Positions 26,810-36,628 of a DNA stretch of 53,551 nt are shown one piece after another (position 1 is the stretch's first letter; each line of letters opens with the position of its first letter). This stretch comes from Thermotogota bacterium (GTDB lineage: Bacteria; Thermotogota; Thermotogae; UBA12178): assembly GCA_021161835.1 (NCBI GenBank), contig JAGGZV010000003.1, positions 1-53,551 on the forward strand, written 5' to 3'. The notes below the pieces were generated by a model that saw only the letters and a list, made by a program, of their open reading frames with translations, made no database searches and was not told the origin of the DNA. The translations under genes were made by a program, and so were the position numbers.

Positions 26810-28717
26810 TTATTCCACCGATTCGATGGCTTTTTTGAGATCTTCTTCGGAAATCCCTGTACTTTTCATAAGAATATTCACTTCTCCACTGAGCGCATAG
26901 TCTTTAACACCCAAAGGTATCACATTTATCGGTCGTATTCCGTTTTCAACGCACAGTTTGGTAAAGACGTTGTACAACCCTGTGTTCACGTTGTGATCTT
27001 CGTAAACTATCACGTGTTTACCGTGTGTCCAGGTTCGAAGAGTTTCAACGTCTGGGTGGAGTGGACATGACACGTTGAGAACCGTGACCTTCTTTCCCTG
27101 AAACCTCAATTCATCTGCAACTTTAACCGCCCTGTACAGAAGCTGTCCATATGTCAGAATGGTCACCGTTTCTCCCCTGCGTACCACATCCACCTTTCCA
27201 TACTCGAAGATGTAGTCGTTTCCAAAGAACGGAGTTCCATGTTCGGACAGCACCACCTCGAGTTTGGATCTGCCAACAGCCACGGTGAAATTTCCTTTAT
27301 GAGTTGCCGCATATCTTATGGCCCTATCAGTTTGATTTGGATCTCCAGGTACTATTAGATGCCAGTGGAAGAGGTTGGCGAGTACGCCCACATAATCTAC
27401 ACAATGATGGGTTTTTCCATCTTCGCCGACATCGGTTCCCGCATGTGTTATCAGAACTTTCAGATTTGTGTGATTGATGTCGTTCAAACGATGTTGATTG
27501 TAGGTTTCATCGACCCCAAATACGCCGAAATCGGCAAAAAACACCAGTACACCACTTACTGACATCGCACCTGCAATCGTCGCAGCGTTGTGTTCCTGAA
27601 CCCCTATTTCCACTACACGATCTGGGTTTTCTTTGGCGAGTATGTTCAATCTAACGGATCCTAGAAGGTCACAATCAATGGCATATATGGGTTTGTCAGG
27701 ATTCGCTCGAACGAGATCCGCTATAGCTTGGCCTGCCGCACTTCTGTTGTCGATCTTCGTGCCCGGTTTATAAGTGCGTGGTTCACCAGTGTTAATTTCT
27801 ATGCTCTCATCCTGTGGTATTGGACGTTCGTGGGATACAGGCAATTTCGAGCGCAGCTCTTCGTATTTGCTCAGATCTTTTTCCAATCCCAGTTCGTCCA
27901 TCGCTTTCCCATATTCTTCACGTTTCAACGGAACACCATGATATTTCACTTCATCTTCCATGAATGAAACACCTTTACCTATGGTGGTTTTAGCGATAAC
28001 CACCGTTGGTTTACCGTCTTCTACAGCTGCCTTTATAGCGGTGTAAAGTTCCGCATGGTTGTGGCCGTCCACTTCTTTCACTTCCCAGCCAGCTGCTTTG
28101 TACTCTTCTCTAATGTTCACAGGCATGATTTCCGATGCTTTTCCACTTATCTGAGCATCGTTGTAATCTATCACCACTGTTATGTTGTCCAACCCATACT
28201 TTGCTGCCGTTCTCCTTGCCTCAGCCACCTGCCCTTTGGCTTGTTCCGCGTCGCTCATCATGACAAAAACATGGTAGTCTCTTTTGGTGAACTTGGCAGC
28301 AAGCGCCATCCCCACCCCCGCTGATAATCCCTGTCCCAAATTGCCTGTAGTCCATTCAACCCCTGGAATTCCCCTGGTTATGTGTCCTTCAAATATCGAA
28401 CCCGGATGTCTGAAACCCGCTATCACCTCGTCTATATCGAAGAATCCCAGTCTTCCCAGAACCGCGTAAACGCCGGGAGCAGTATGTCCATGGCTGACCA
28501 CGATTCTATCCCTGTTGGGATCGTTGACATTTTTTGGACTTATGTTGGCGTATTTCCATACCACAAGATACATATCCACCGATGACATGGAACCCCCGGG
28601 ATGTCCTGATTTCGCCAACGTGGTCATCTTCAAAATATCACCACGGCATATACGTGCCAGTTCCTGCAGTTCTTTGACTTCCTCTTCTTTCAGCAGGGTG
28701 GCTTCGAATCTGCCCAA
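26810..28717 (-). CDS. tkt: Transketolase
   Basis: SGHPGGSMS, DR.VVSHGH, FEGH, TGNLGQGLS, SDAEQAKG...N (TPP motif variant), GVQEHN, DVGEDGKTH. Start placed at TTG 28717 behind SD GGAGGTG (alternative GTG 28726). Confidence 0.92.
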   Translation of the reverse strand: MGRFEATLLKEEEVKELQELARICRGDILKMTTLAKSGHPGGSMSSVDMYLVVWKYANISPKNVNDPNRDRIVVSHGHTAPGVYAVLGRLGFFDIDEVIAGFRHPGSIFEGHITRGIPGVEWTTGNLGQGLSAGVGMALAAKFTKRDYHVFVMMSDAEQAKGQVAEARRTAAKYGLDNITVVIDYNDAQISGKASEIMPVNIREEYKAAGWEVKEVDGHNHAELYTAIKAAVEDGKPTVVIAKTTIGKGVSFMEDEVKYHGVPLKREEYGKAMDELGLEKDLSKYEELRSKLPVSHERPIPQDESIEINTGEPRTYKPGTKIDNRSAAGQAIADLVRANPDKPIYAIDCDLLGSVRLNILAKENPDRVVEIGVQEHNAATIAGAMSVSGVLVFFADFGVFGVDETYNQHRLNDINHTNLKVLITHAGTDVGEDGKTHHCVDYVGVLANLFHWHLIVPGDPNQTDRAIRYAATHKGNFTVAVGRSKLEVVLSEHGTPFFGNDYIFEYGKVDVVRRGETVTILTYGQLLYRAVKVADELRFQGKKVTVLNVSCPLHPDVETLRTWTHGKHVIVYEDHNVNTGLYNVFTKLCVENGIRPINVIPLGVKDYALSGEVNILMKSTGISEEDLKKAIESVE

Positions 28718-28731
28718 GTCCCTCACCTCCT

Positions 28732-29775
28732 CTACAGAATGAGAAGCCGCCCTTCTGGATGGAACCGTTGATATAGCGACTTCCTTATTTCCTGATGTTT
28801 TCTATAAGAATCGAGGTGATTGTAACCCTCCATTTCCCAGGGGGGTGTGGACGGAAGCACCTTGTCGAAATCTTCGAGTAGTTTTTTCTCCAATTCTCCA
28901 TACTTTCCTTCAACGAAAGCCATGAAGGCCTCTTCAAAATCCTTCCACGATTCTTCCTCCCGACCAGGTACTATGGGATAGAAAAATCCGCTGTTATTCT
29001 TGACAGCCTTCAGATCACCGTAAGCATCTCCTATCATGAGTACCTGATGGTCTTCGTATCCTCCTGCCTTTTTTGCCATTTCTATGTGTTGCGCTTTTGT
29101 GCCCATTTCCTGCCCTGCTATCAGTGATATGTACTGTGTCAGGCCGTTGTTTTCCCAATAATCGGCGAGATCATTGTATGGTGTTTGGGAAACTATTATG
29201 ATATCAGCGTACTGTGCCATCAGCTCTAGTGCTTTCTTTACTCCGGAAAAGGGAGGTATTTTAGCGGATATGTGCGGAAAAGTTCTGTTGACCGCTTCAC
29301 TCCAGCCCAGCAATTTGTACAAAGCGAAATTCCTGGGTTGTTCTTCATTTATGTATTTCTCAAGACTGGGGTTGCCCAGACCGAGATTCATCTTCTTGGT
29401 GTACTCTATGAAATCGTCTACAATTTTCACATCCAGCAATTCCACGTTTTCTTCTTCCATCTTCTTGCGTACGTCACCCCGCGAAGCCAGAGCTTTCAGC
29501 GTCAGTTGAATGGCTATGAATCTGTTGCAACCTCTGTGTTTTGAGAAAAGATTGTAAAACTCGGCCGTTTCCCTGAAATAAGATTCTATGGGCCACAATC
29601 CGTAGAATTCCATGAAATGTGGATGAAAAATCAACATCTGCTTGCCGTTCATGTTATCCGTTACACATCCATCTGTATCAATGGCTACCAGCAGATCTTT
29701 GGAGCGTTTGAAATTCATCAATTGACGCTTTGGATCATCTTTCAGCATCTTTTCTGTCAACCTTTCGTATTTCAC
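28732..29775 (-). CDS. HAD-superfamily hydrolase
   Basis: Motif I AIDTDGC, motif II IIVSQT, motif III K, motif IV MIGDAYGD. GTG start at 29775 behind SD GAGGAGG. Confidence 0.85.
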   Translation of the reverse strand: MKYERLTEKMLKDDPKRQLMNFKRSKDLLVAIDTDGCVTDNMNGKQMLIFHPHFMEFYGLWPIESYFRETAEFYNLFSKHRGCNRFIAIQLTLKALASRGDVRKKMEEENVELLDVKIVDDFIEYTKKMNLGLGNPSLEKYINEEQPRNFALYKLLGWSEAVNRTFPHISAKIPPFSGVKKALELMAQYADIIIVSQTPYNDLADYWENNGLTQYISLIAGQEMGTKAQHIEMAKKAGGYEDHQVLMIGDAYGDLKAVKNNSGFFYPIVPGREEESWKDFEEAFMAFVEGKYGELEKKLLEDFDKVLPSTPPWEMEGYNHLDSYRKHQEIRKSLYQRFHPEGRLLIL

Positions 29776-29800
29776 TTGCTGTCCCTCCTCCGACAAAGGT

Positions 29801-31114
29801 TCATCTGTAGCCTGCTGATGTGTATTCCGGACACAGCTTGGGTGCGTAAATCTCTTTGAACTGTGCAAATCTGGGTAATGGTCCACCGATAAGTGGCATG
29901 GCCCACTTTATGAAATCATCTGTAACATCGGCCCTGTTGGGGGCAATCCATTCTTTGGGGAACGTGCGAGCCGAATTTGCCACCACTTCCAAAGGTACTT
30001 TATCATAAACTACCTCGTATTTTTCTCCCGGCACCCTTATTATCGTGGCCATGTAACCATTTTCTTCGTTCAAAGCAAGTTTCGCGGCATGTGCTCCTAC
30101 TTCGTAGGCTTCTCTTCGATCCACCTCTGAAACGTATGCTATCTCTCTTCTCTGCCTGGTGCCTGGTTTCTCATATCTTGCTATTCCTTTCACGATTAAT
30201 CTGGTTCGTGCTCTTCCCTGTTCGTCTTTTCTGTCGAGACCGTTCAAGTAGTTTGCCACCACTTGCTCGGCGGATCTTTCGGCGGCGCTGAACTGTGCAT
30301 GACCAAAAGCATCTTTCAATATCCCCAGGTCACCCACGTTCACTCCTTCACCAATAATAACGATACACCTTCCATGTTTTCTCAATGTTTCATTGACCAT
30401 ATCGGTTATGTACTCCAGGTTACCTTTCCAATCGTCCTTGGATAGAGCCTCGGGCAGGAAAATCAAGAGTGGCATTTTTCTTTCAGGATCGGCGAGCCTC
30501 GCAGCTGCAGGTATGAAACCTATTTTTCTTCCCATGACTCCTATTACCAGGACAGGGTCGCTGGTGTGGCTGGCCTTGTTCTCTTCGTTAGCTTCAAGCA
30601 CGTTGATAGCGATGTTGCGTGCCACGCTGCCGTATCCCGGATCATGGTCGCAAATTGCGAATGTTCCATCCGGCTGTAGGGGTCCACCCAGATCGTTGTC
30701 TATGGTTTTCGGTATACCCACCGCTACAAGATCCAGGCCTTCCTTTCTGGCAAGTATGCTGACCTTGTTCGCGGTGTCCATGGAGTCTTCACCGCCGCAG
30801 TAGAGGAAATATCCTACGTTGTGAGCTTTGAAAACCTCGACGATCCTCATCATGTCCTCTTCGCTTTTTATTTTGTATCTGCAGCTTCCTATAACACCGG
30901 CGGATGGTGTTTGTGAAAGTAAAGCGATCTCTCCTGGATCCTGAGCGGTTATATCTATTAGCTCTTCCCTCAAAACTCCCAGTATTCCCATACGTGCACC
31001 ATATACCTTGTCTATTTTTTCAGATTTGAGCAAAGTTTCGATGGCACCCTGAAGACTGGCATTTATAACAGAAGTTGGACCACCTGACTGGGCAACAACG
31101 GCATTTCGCTTCAT
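29801..31114 (-). CDS. PfkA-family kinase with PPi-dependent signature (PPi-phosphofructokinase-like)
   Basis: AQSGGPTSVINAS, GSCR, GGEDS and PKTIDND (the Asp/Lys pair diagnostic of PPi use), MGR, IGEG. Confidence 0.85.
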   Translation of the reverse strand: MKRNAVVAQSGGPTSVINASLQGAIETLLKSEKIDKVYGARMGILGVLREELIDITAQDPGEIALLSQTPSAGVIGSCRYKIKSEEDMMRIVEVFKAHNVGYFLYCGGEDSMDTANKVSILARKEGLDLVAVGIPKTIDNDLGGPLQPDGTFAICDHDPGYGSVARNIAINVLEANEENKASHTSDPVLVIGVMGRKIGFIPAAARLADPERKMPLLIFLPEALSKDDWKGNLEYITDMVNETLRKHGRCIVIIGEGVNVGDLGILKDAFGHAQFSAAERSAEQVVANYLNGLDRKDEQGRARTRLIVKGIARYEKPGTRQRREIAYVSEVDRREAYEVGAHAAKLALNEENGYMATIIRVPGEKYEVVYDKVPLEVVANSARTFPKEWIAPNRADVTDDFIKWAMPLIGGPLPRFAQFKEIYAPKLCPEYTSAGYR

Positions 31115-32406
31115 TTCACTTCCCTCCTAGCATAAAGATATTTACCACCGTGTTCTATCCATAACATTCCAGGCCCTTCAAAATCTTCTCGTTTTATACT
31201 TCCGGGATCTCGATAACCGAGATTTACGGCTTCACATACTTCCCTTGATATGCCCGTGGCCAGTGTGATCTTCAACTTGCATTTTTCAATGCCGCTTACT
31301 GGATCGTAAGTTCCTGGACCTCGAACATTTATAACGTGGGCTGCAACGTTGCGATCGAATTCTGGATGTTTTTTGAGAAATTCTCTGACATATCCTTTGC
31401 AATGGTAGCCGATCCTTCTTATACTTTCATCCATCATCTTGTTGGAGTGGAAGCAGTGTATATGAGGGGCATATATTATGATTTCCCCACCTTCTTTCAT
31501 TACTCCTGGACGTTGAAGTTTGTAGGATCCTTTGCCAGCTGTCCATATTTCATCGTATTCTGGGCCTATGACCTGTACTGCCACATTCAACGGTTCTTCG
31601 ATGTATACGATATGCAAACGGGAACTGGCATGCGCGGCACGTTCGTATGTCCTCAAAAAACCTTCCAATCCTTCGTCTATGTAAAGTCCTCTGGGTATTA
31701 TTCCCTCGTCGGTTTCATCGTATACCATGTTGAAAGAGATCACAGGGCATTGTGTTTTCTGGAATATCAATTCACATGCGGCATTTATCACATCACGTGC
31801 TGGATTGCTGAAGGATCCTATGATCTGTGGAATCCCTATCAATACAGCAGCCCAGTGAAACAGGCCAACAACTTCGGGTCCGGCGACCCCAGGGACGAAG
31901 ATTTTCAATCCACCCGAGAATCCGGTGGCTTCGTGCGGTACAGTACCGCTTATAGCTATTATCAGATCGAACTTTTCCACCAGCATTTTGTTTACAGTGA
32001 CCGGGAAGGGTAGATTCAGCTCCCCGTCGGTTTTCTCATGAACAAATTCTGGAGGCAGCTCACCTACAGTTGTTAAAGCGGCAGGGTCGTCGTATTCGTG
32101 ATTGTGGAAGAAGAGCGAATAGTCTTTTTGGGATAGTCCCAATTTTTCCAGAATCTCTGCTTCTGTCATCTTTCTGTGTGTGCCGCTTGCATTCAAGGTA
32201 TGACATTCTTTCAAACCTTTGCTCTTCAATTCTTCCAAAAGAGTGGGAAAGATGAGATGTGTAAAATCTATACGTGTATAATCAGGGTGGAGCACCAAAA
32301 CTCGCTCCACCCTGCCGAACTTTTCAATTGCTTCAACGACAGCCGCCTTTATTTCTTCTTCGCTCAAGGGTTCGGTGAAATTCTCGCGTACGATCATATT
32401 TCTCAC
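31111..32406 (-). CDS. LarA (lactate racemase) superfamily epimerase, candidate mannonate/gluconate 2-epimerase
   Basis: PDYTR, ASGTHR, HNHE, VPHEATGFSGGLK, LFHW; lies between uxuB/gnd and the Pfk gene. Alternative start ATG 32397. Confidence 0.8.
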   Translation of the reverse strand: MRNMIVRENFTEPLSEEEIKAAVVEAIEKFGRVERVLVLHPDYTRIDFTHLIFPTLLEELKSKGLKECHTLNASGTHRKMTEAEILEKLGLSQKDYSLFFHNHEYDDPAALTTVGELPPEFVHEKTDGELNLPFPVTVNKMLVEKFDLIIAISGTVPHEATGFSGGLKIFVPGVAGPEVVGLFHWAAVLIGIPQIIGSFSNPARDVINAACELIFQKTQCPVISFNMVYDETDEGIIPRGLYIDEGLEGFLRTYERAAHASSRLHIVYIEEPLNVAVQVIGPEYDEIWTAGKGSYKLQRPGVMKEGGEIIIYAPHIHCFHSNKMMDESIRRIGYHCKGYVREFLKKHPEFDRNVAAHVINVRGPGTYDPVSGIEKCKLKITLATGISREVCEAVNLGYRDPGSIKREDFEGPGMLWIEHGGKYLYARREVK

Positions 32407-33386
32407 TTCGGTATCTCTATGTTTTTGTCTGGTCTAGCTGCCTCCACTGTGCCTGCACCTGCTCCTTTCTTTCTCACCGCTTCGCCTTTGGTATAAACCC
32501 TGTGACCACCGAATTCTCTCCTGAGCGCTGCGAGTACCTTGTTGGAGAACACATCTTCCTGCCGTGATTCGAATCTCTTGAAGAGTGCATGGGCTATTCC
32601 TGTAACTGAAACTCCCATTTCTACCGCTTCCTGTACGGTCCAGCGTGCTTCACCTGAATCTTCCACGTATCCCTGTATTGATTCCAATTCGGGATCTTTT
32701 TCAAACGCTCTCTCGAGGAGTTCCAGTAACCATGAACGAATTACACTACCGTTGTTCCAGAGATGCGCGATGTCTTTCAACATGAAGTATTTACTGTATG
32801 GAGAGGCTTTCAACACCTCAAATCCTTCACCGTATGCTTCCATGATGGCGTATTCTATACCATTGTGCACCATTTTCACGAAGTGTCCTGCTCCAACCGG
32901 ACCGCAGTACAGGTATCCTCCTTCTGGTGCTAAATCTTTCAGAATCGGTTCTATGTAATCGAAATCTTCCTTTTCTCCTCCCACCATGGTGCAATATCCC
33001 TCTTTAAGACCCCATATACCACCTGATACACCTGCATCCATGTAGTGGACTCCTTTTTCTTTCAGCATCTCCGCGCGTCTTATATCATTTTTGTAGAAAT
33101 CGTTGGCACCGTTCACGATGATGTCCCCTTCTGAGAGAAGTTCTCCAAGCTTTTTCACATGTTCTTCCGTTGGGTCACCCAGGGGTAGCATCAACCATGC
33201 CACGCGTCTGGGATGCAATTTCTCCACAAATTCTTCAAGTGATTTCGAACCTATGGCTCCTTCTTTCATAATTTCCTCAACCTTGGCGTATGTTCTGTTG
33301 TATACGACCACTTCATGACCACGCTGAAGCAGTCTTCGCGCCATGTTCATACCCATTCTTCCAAGTCCAACTATTCCTATTTGCAT
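32403..33386 (-). CDS. gnd: Decarboxylating 6-phosphogluconate dehydrogenase (short form)
   Basis: GLGRMG, DAGVSGGIWG, GAGHFVKMVHNGIEY, WNNGSVIRSWL, DSGE.RW, LRREFGGH. Confidence 0.92.
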   Translation of the reverse strand: MQIGIVGLGRMGMNMARRLLQRGHEVVVYNRTYAKVEEIMKEGAIGSKSLEEFVEKLHPRRVAWLMLPLGDPTEEHVKKLGELLSEGDIIVNGANDFYKNDIRRAEMLKEKGVHYMDAGVSGGIWGLKEGYCTMVGGEKEDFDYIEPILKDLAPEGGYLYCGPVGAGHFVKMVHNGIEYAIMEAYGEGFEVLKASPYSKYFMLKDIAHLWNNGSVIRSWLLELLERAFEKDPELESIQGYVEDSGEARWTVQEAVEMGVSVTGIAHALFKRFESRQEDVFSNKVLAALRREFGGHRVYTKGEAVRKKGAGAGTVEAARPDKNIEIPK

Positions 33387-33414
33387 CGTCTTTCCCTCCT
33401 TTCACGGAATGTTT

Positions 33415-34245
33415 TCATACACCGGAAAATGCGTTGAATCCCCCATCCACAGGAATCACTGTGCCTGTGAGAAATCTGGAAGCATCCGATGCGAGGAAAA
33501 TGCATATTCCTGCGAGGTCATCCGGTTCTCCAAACCTGCCCATGGGGGTATGTTCTATGATCGTTTTGCCACGTTGAGTGAGATTCCCATTCTCATCCAG
33601 CAGCAGATATCTGTTTTGTTTCGTTAGGAAAAATCCGGGTGCTATGGCATTTACCCTCAAATTCCTGTTGTATTCCTGCGCAAAGTGTACGGCCAACCAT
33701 TGTGTGAAGTTACTCACGGCGGCTTTAGCTGCTGAATATCCGGGTATTCTCGTTAGTGGCCTGAAAGCATTCATCGACGAGATGTTTATTATGGAACCAC
33801 CATTTTCATTCTCTACCATGCTTCTTCCGAAAACCTGAGAAGGCAGTATGGCACCACCGAAAAGATTCAACGCCACCACTTTCTCGAGTGCCGACAGCGG
33901 TAGATCAAAGAAAGGTAAATCTTTCGATGTGGTGGCCTCTTTCATGTTGCCACCGGCGGCATTTACGAGGACATCCACACGTCCGAAGTCCTTCATTATA
34001 GCATCATGGCACTCTTTTATCTTCTCAATGTTGAGAACGTCTATATAATATCCTCGCACATTTATACCATGCTCCTTCGATAGCTTCTCTGCCACTTCCT
34101 GTGCGTTCACTATATCGCATATAGCTACTTCCGCCCCAGCTTTTGCCAGTGCCTCTGCTATTTTGGAACCCAGCACACCCGCTCCTCCCGTGACCACGGC
34201 CTTTTTACCTTCCAGGCTGAACAGTTCATCTATGAATTTCGCCAT
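33415..34245 (-). CDS. uxuB: SDR-family D-mannonate oxidoreductase (fructuronate reductase)
   Basis: TGGAGVLG, VNAAGGN, NISSMNAFRPLTRIPGYSAAK, FTQWLAVH, HTPMGRFG; directly downstream of uxaE. Start at ATG 34245. Confidence 0.82.
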   Translation of the reverse strand: MAKFIDELFSLEGKKAVVTGGAGVLGSKIAEALAKAGAEVAICDIVNAQEVAEKLSKEHGINVRGYYIDVLNIEKIKECHDAIMKDFGRVDVLVNAAGGNMKEATTSKDLPFFDLPLSALEKVVALNLFGGAILPSQVFGRSMVENENGGSIINISSMNAFRPLTRIPGYSAAKAAVSNFTQWLAVHFAQEYNRNLRVNAIAPGFFLTKQNRYLLLDENGNLTQRGKTIIEHTPMGRFGEPDDLAGICIFLASDASRFLTGTVIPVDGGFNAFSGV

Positions 34246-34256
34246 GTTTTCCCTCC

Positions 34257-35753
34257 TCACCTTTTTGTTCCCAACATCTCCAGGTGGCGACGTATATGTT
34301 TACCAACACATTCGTAATGTTCCTCCTCGTTTTCCATTAAGACCCTGTACAATTCATCGCGGAAGAGATAGGAACCATCTTCGTTTCTGGCTGTAAGCAC
34401 CGCTCCATAGGTTATATGAATCAATTGACGGGAATCGTTTGCGTTCAAAAAATCTTCGAGTTTTTCATCGGGTATGGAATCCAGATCCGGTATTTTGGAA
34501 AGATCAGTTGTAACGTGATACGAACGTCTCTCAATCTGAAACCTTTCCAGAGCGAAGCGGTGTATTCTCCTGTACAACTCAGGTGCTTTTCTAGCGATAA
34601 CCCTGATGGCTTCTAGATAACTGGTACCGGCGGTTTTAACATGGAACAACCCTTCGGTTGCTTGAGAAAAAGCGGGATAGGCTGAAAATTTGTCGCTACC
34701 CGAATGTAGCGAAAGTTTGTATCCACCGAAATGTCTGGCTATGGCAGCATGTAGATTGATTTCTCTTTCAAATTTCTTCAAATCGCCGATGTAATCTATG
34801 GCTTTTTGCCATTCTCCAACGAACCTCAGAGCGAGATTGGTGAATTCCACGCCCATCCTGCGCAACTCTTCCACTATGAAAATATGGGCCAATGGAGAGG
34901 TGGGAGTGTCGGTTTCATCCACAGAAACCTCGAAATCGAAACCATCCGATTTATAGGTCTTCAAAGTTTCATACATTTCCCTCACGAATTTCAAAGCATC
35001 GAAGTAGGTGACGATAGCATCAACCAGGGAATCTTCGTCGAAAATGAGAACTTGACCTTCGATTTCGTATTTTCTATTGAGATATCTTCTTTCCAGTTCG
35101 CTCCTTTTGGATATGGAACCATATATCTCCTTCTTTTTTTCAGGACTCATGGTGGATGTGTTCCTGACGAAATCCGAAGGATCTATGGTAAACATGGTGT
35201 AACCGCATTCCACTGCTTCCACTAGTTTGTCTGGATCTTTCACATGATCAGCATCGGCTCCAAATTTCCCTTTGTAACCTGCTTCGAAGCATCCCCATAT
35301 GGCACTGTCCATAACATCTTCCCAATTTCTTCTGGTGCGTTCCAGTTCTCTGACAGATTGTTGGGCGAAGAAAGGAAAGATATCTTTCCCTTCGAAAGCT
35401 TTGACATGTGCAGGTGTGGCTATACCAAGCCTATCTCCAGTACCGAAGGATTTCTTTAAACCACATGGGGATGGATTAAGATGGGGAAACAATCTTCTGA
35501 GAATCTGAAGATTTTCATGAGTGGTGGGAGCAATTTTCAACTTTTGGTTTTCTTCGAGATTTCTAATTGATCTTTCGTAGATACCACGAAACAATCCACA
35601 TACTGCGGATTCTCCGACAATTACGAGATATTTCGATTTATCACCTCGTGCCAGAAAAAAAAGGTTCGAATCTCTTTGTAACAGGGATGAGGTGTACGGT
35701 ACATATTGATATCCTGTGGTTTTCAACAGGATATCGAAGACCTCCGATCTCAA
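34257..35753 (-). CDS. uxaE: Tagaturonate/fructuronate epimerase
   Basis: GTGDRLGIATPAH, AQQSVREL.RT, GADADH, TMFTIDPS, FEVSVDE, KLSLHSGSDKFS, HVKTAGTSYLEA, RQLIHITYG. Confidence 0.93.
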   Translation of the reverse strand: MRSEVFDILLKTTGYQYVPYTSSLLQRDSNLFFLARGDKSKYLVIVGESAVCGLFRGIYERSIRNLEENQKLKIAPTTHENLQILRRLFPHLNPSPCGLKKSFGTGDRLGIATPAHVKAFEGKDIFPFFAQQSVRELERTRRNWEDVMDSAIWGCFEAGYKGKFGADADHVKDPDKLVEAVECGYTMFTIDPSDFVRNTSTMSPEKKKEIYGSISKRSELERRYLNRKYEIEGQVLIFDEDSLVDAIVTYFDALKFVREMYETLKTYKSDGFDFEVSVDETDTPTSPLAHIFIVEELRRMGVEFTNLALRFVGEWQKAIDYIGDLKKFEREINLHAAIARHFGGYKLSLHSGSDKFSAYPAFSQATEGLFHVKTAGTSYLEAIRVIARKAPELYRRIHRFALERFQIERRSYHVTTDLSKIPDLDSIPDEKLEDFLNANDSRQLIHITYGAVLTARNEDGSYLFRDELYRVLMENEEEHYECVGKHIRRHLEMLGTKR

Positions 35754-35759
35754 TTTTCA

Positions 35760-36539
35760 TCATCTCCTTCCAGGTGATACTTTTTCTACTGTTACCCCTT
35801 TCTCACGAAGGAATTTTTCAACGTTCGTTGGAATACCTTCGTCTGTTATAAGATAATGAACGTCTTCCGGAAAGGCGAAGGAAGCGAATGCTTTTCTGTT
35901 GAACTTTGTAGAATCGGATACAACCACCACTCTGGAAGCACTTTTCACCATGGCCCTTTTGGTATCCGCTTCAACCACGCTGGGTGTCATGAACCCTCTT
36001 TCTTTTGAGAATCCCGTTGTACCCATGAAGGCTATGTCCACACTTATTTCCTGCAGGAATTTAAGTGTCCATGGACCTATTATGGATAGACTGTTTTCTC
36101 TGATAGTACCACCCAAAACGATTATTTCGGCATTGGTTTCGATCAATTTACTGGCTATGAAAACATTGTTGGTAACGATGGTGAGGTGTTTCCATGAGCG
36201 CTTAAGCATTTCGAGAGCGAGATAGTAATTGGTGCTGCTGCTATCGAGTATCACCGTGTCCCCATCTTCGATCATGTTCACTGCAACACTGGCTATAGCC
36301 TTTTTTTCCTCTTCTCGCTGATGGATCTTTCTTAGAAAATTCCACTCCGAACGAGAATGCGTTGGAAGAATAGCACCCCCATGAGTTCTAAGTAACTTCC
36401 CTTCTTGTTCCAAAGCGTCCAGATCCTTACGTATGGTGACTTCACTCACTTCGAAAAGTTTCGATAATTGAGCCACCGTGACCTTTCCCGAAGCCCTCAA
36501 CAATTCCACAATTTTCGATCTTCTTTCTTCTGTGAACAT
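35760..36539 (-). CDS. DeoR/GlpR-family transcriptional regulator
   Basis: MFTEERR..I, VSEVTIRKDL..LE..G...RTHGGA, EKKAIA, LDSSST, VTNN, DSTKF. Start at ATG 36539 after SD GGAGG. Confidence 0.93.
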   Translation of the reverse strand: MFTEERRSKIVELLRASGKVTVAQLSKLFEVSEVTIRKDLDALEQEGKLLRTHGGAILPTHSRSEWNFLRKIHQREEEKKAIASVAVNMIEDGDTVILDSSSTNYYLALEMLKRSWKHLTIVTNNVFIASKLIETNAEIIVLGGTIRENSLSIIGPWTLKFLQEISVDIAFMGTTGFSKERGFMTPSVVEADTKRAMVKSASRVVVVSDSTKFNRKAFASFAFPEDVHYLITDEGIPTNVEKFLREKGVTVEKVSPGRR

Positions 36540-36558
36540 GGTGTATCGCCTCCGATAT

Positions 36559-36587
36559 ATTGTATAATGAAGTTGCGAATTATTCAA
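36559..36587 (-). promoter_or_regulatory. Promoter of the deoR-uxaE...tkt operon
   Basis: Minus strand TTGAAT-17 bp-TACAAT. Confidence 0.65.
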
Positions 36588-36628
36588 ATATCATTTCCAA
36601 TCGCAATCATACGAAATCAGAAGCTATT

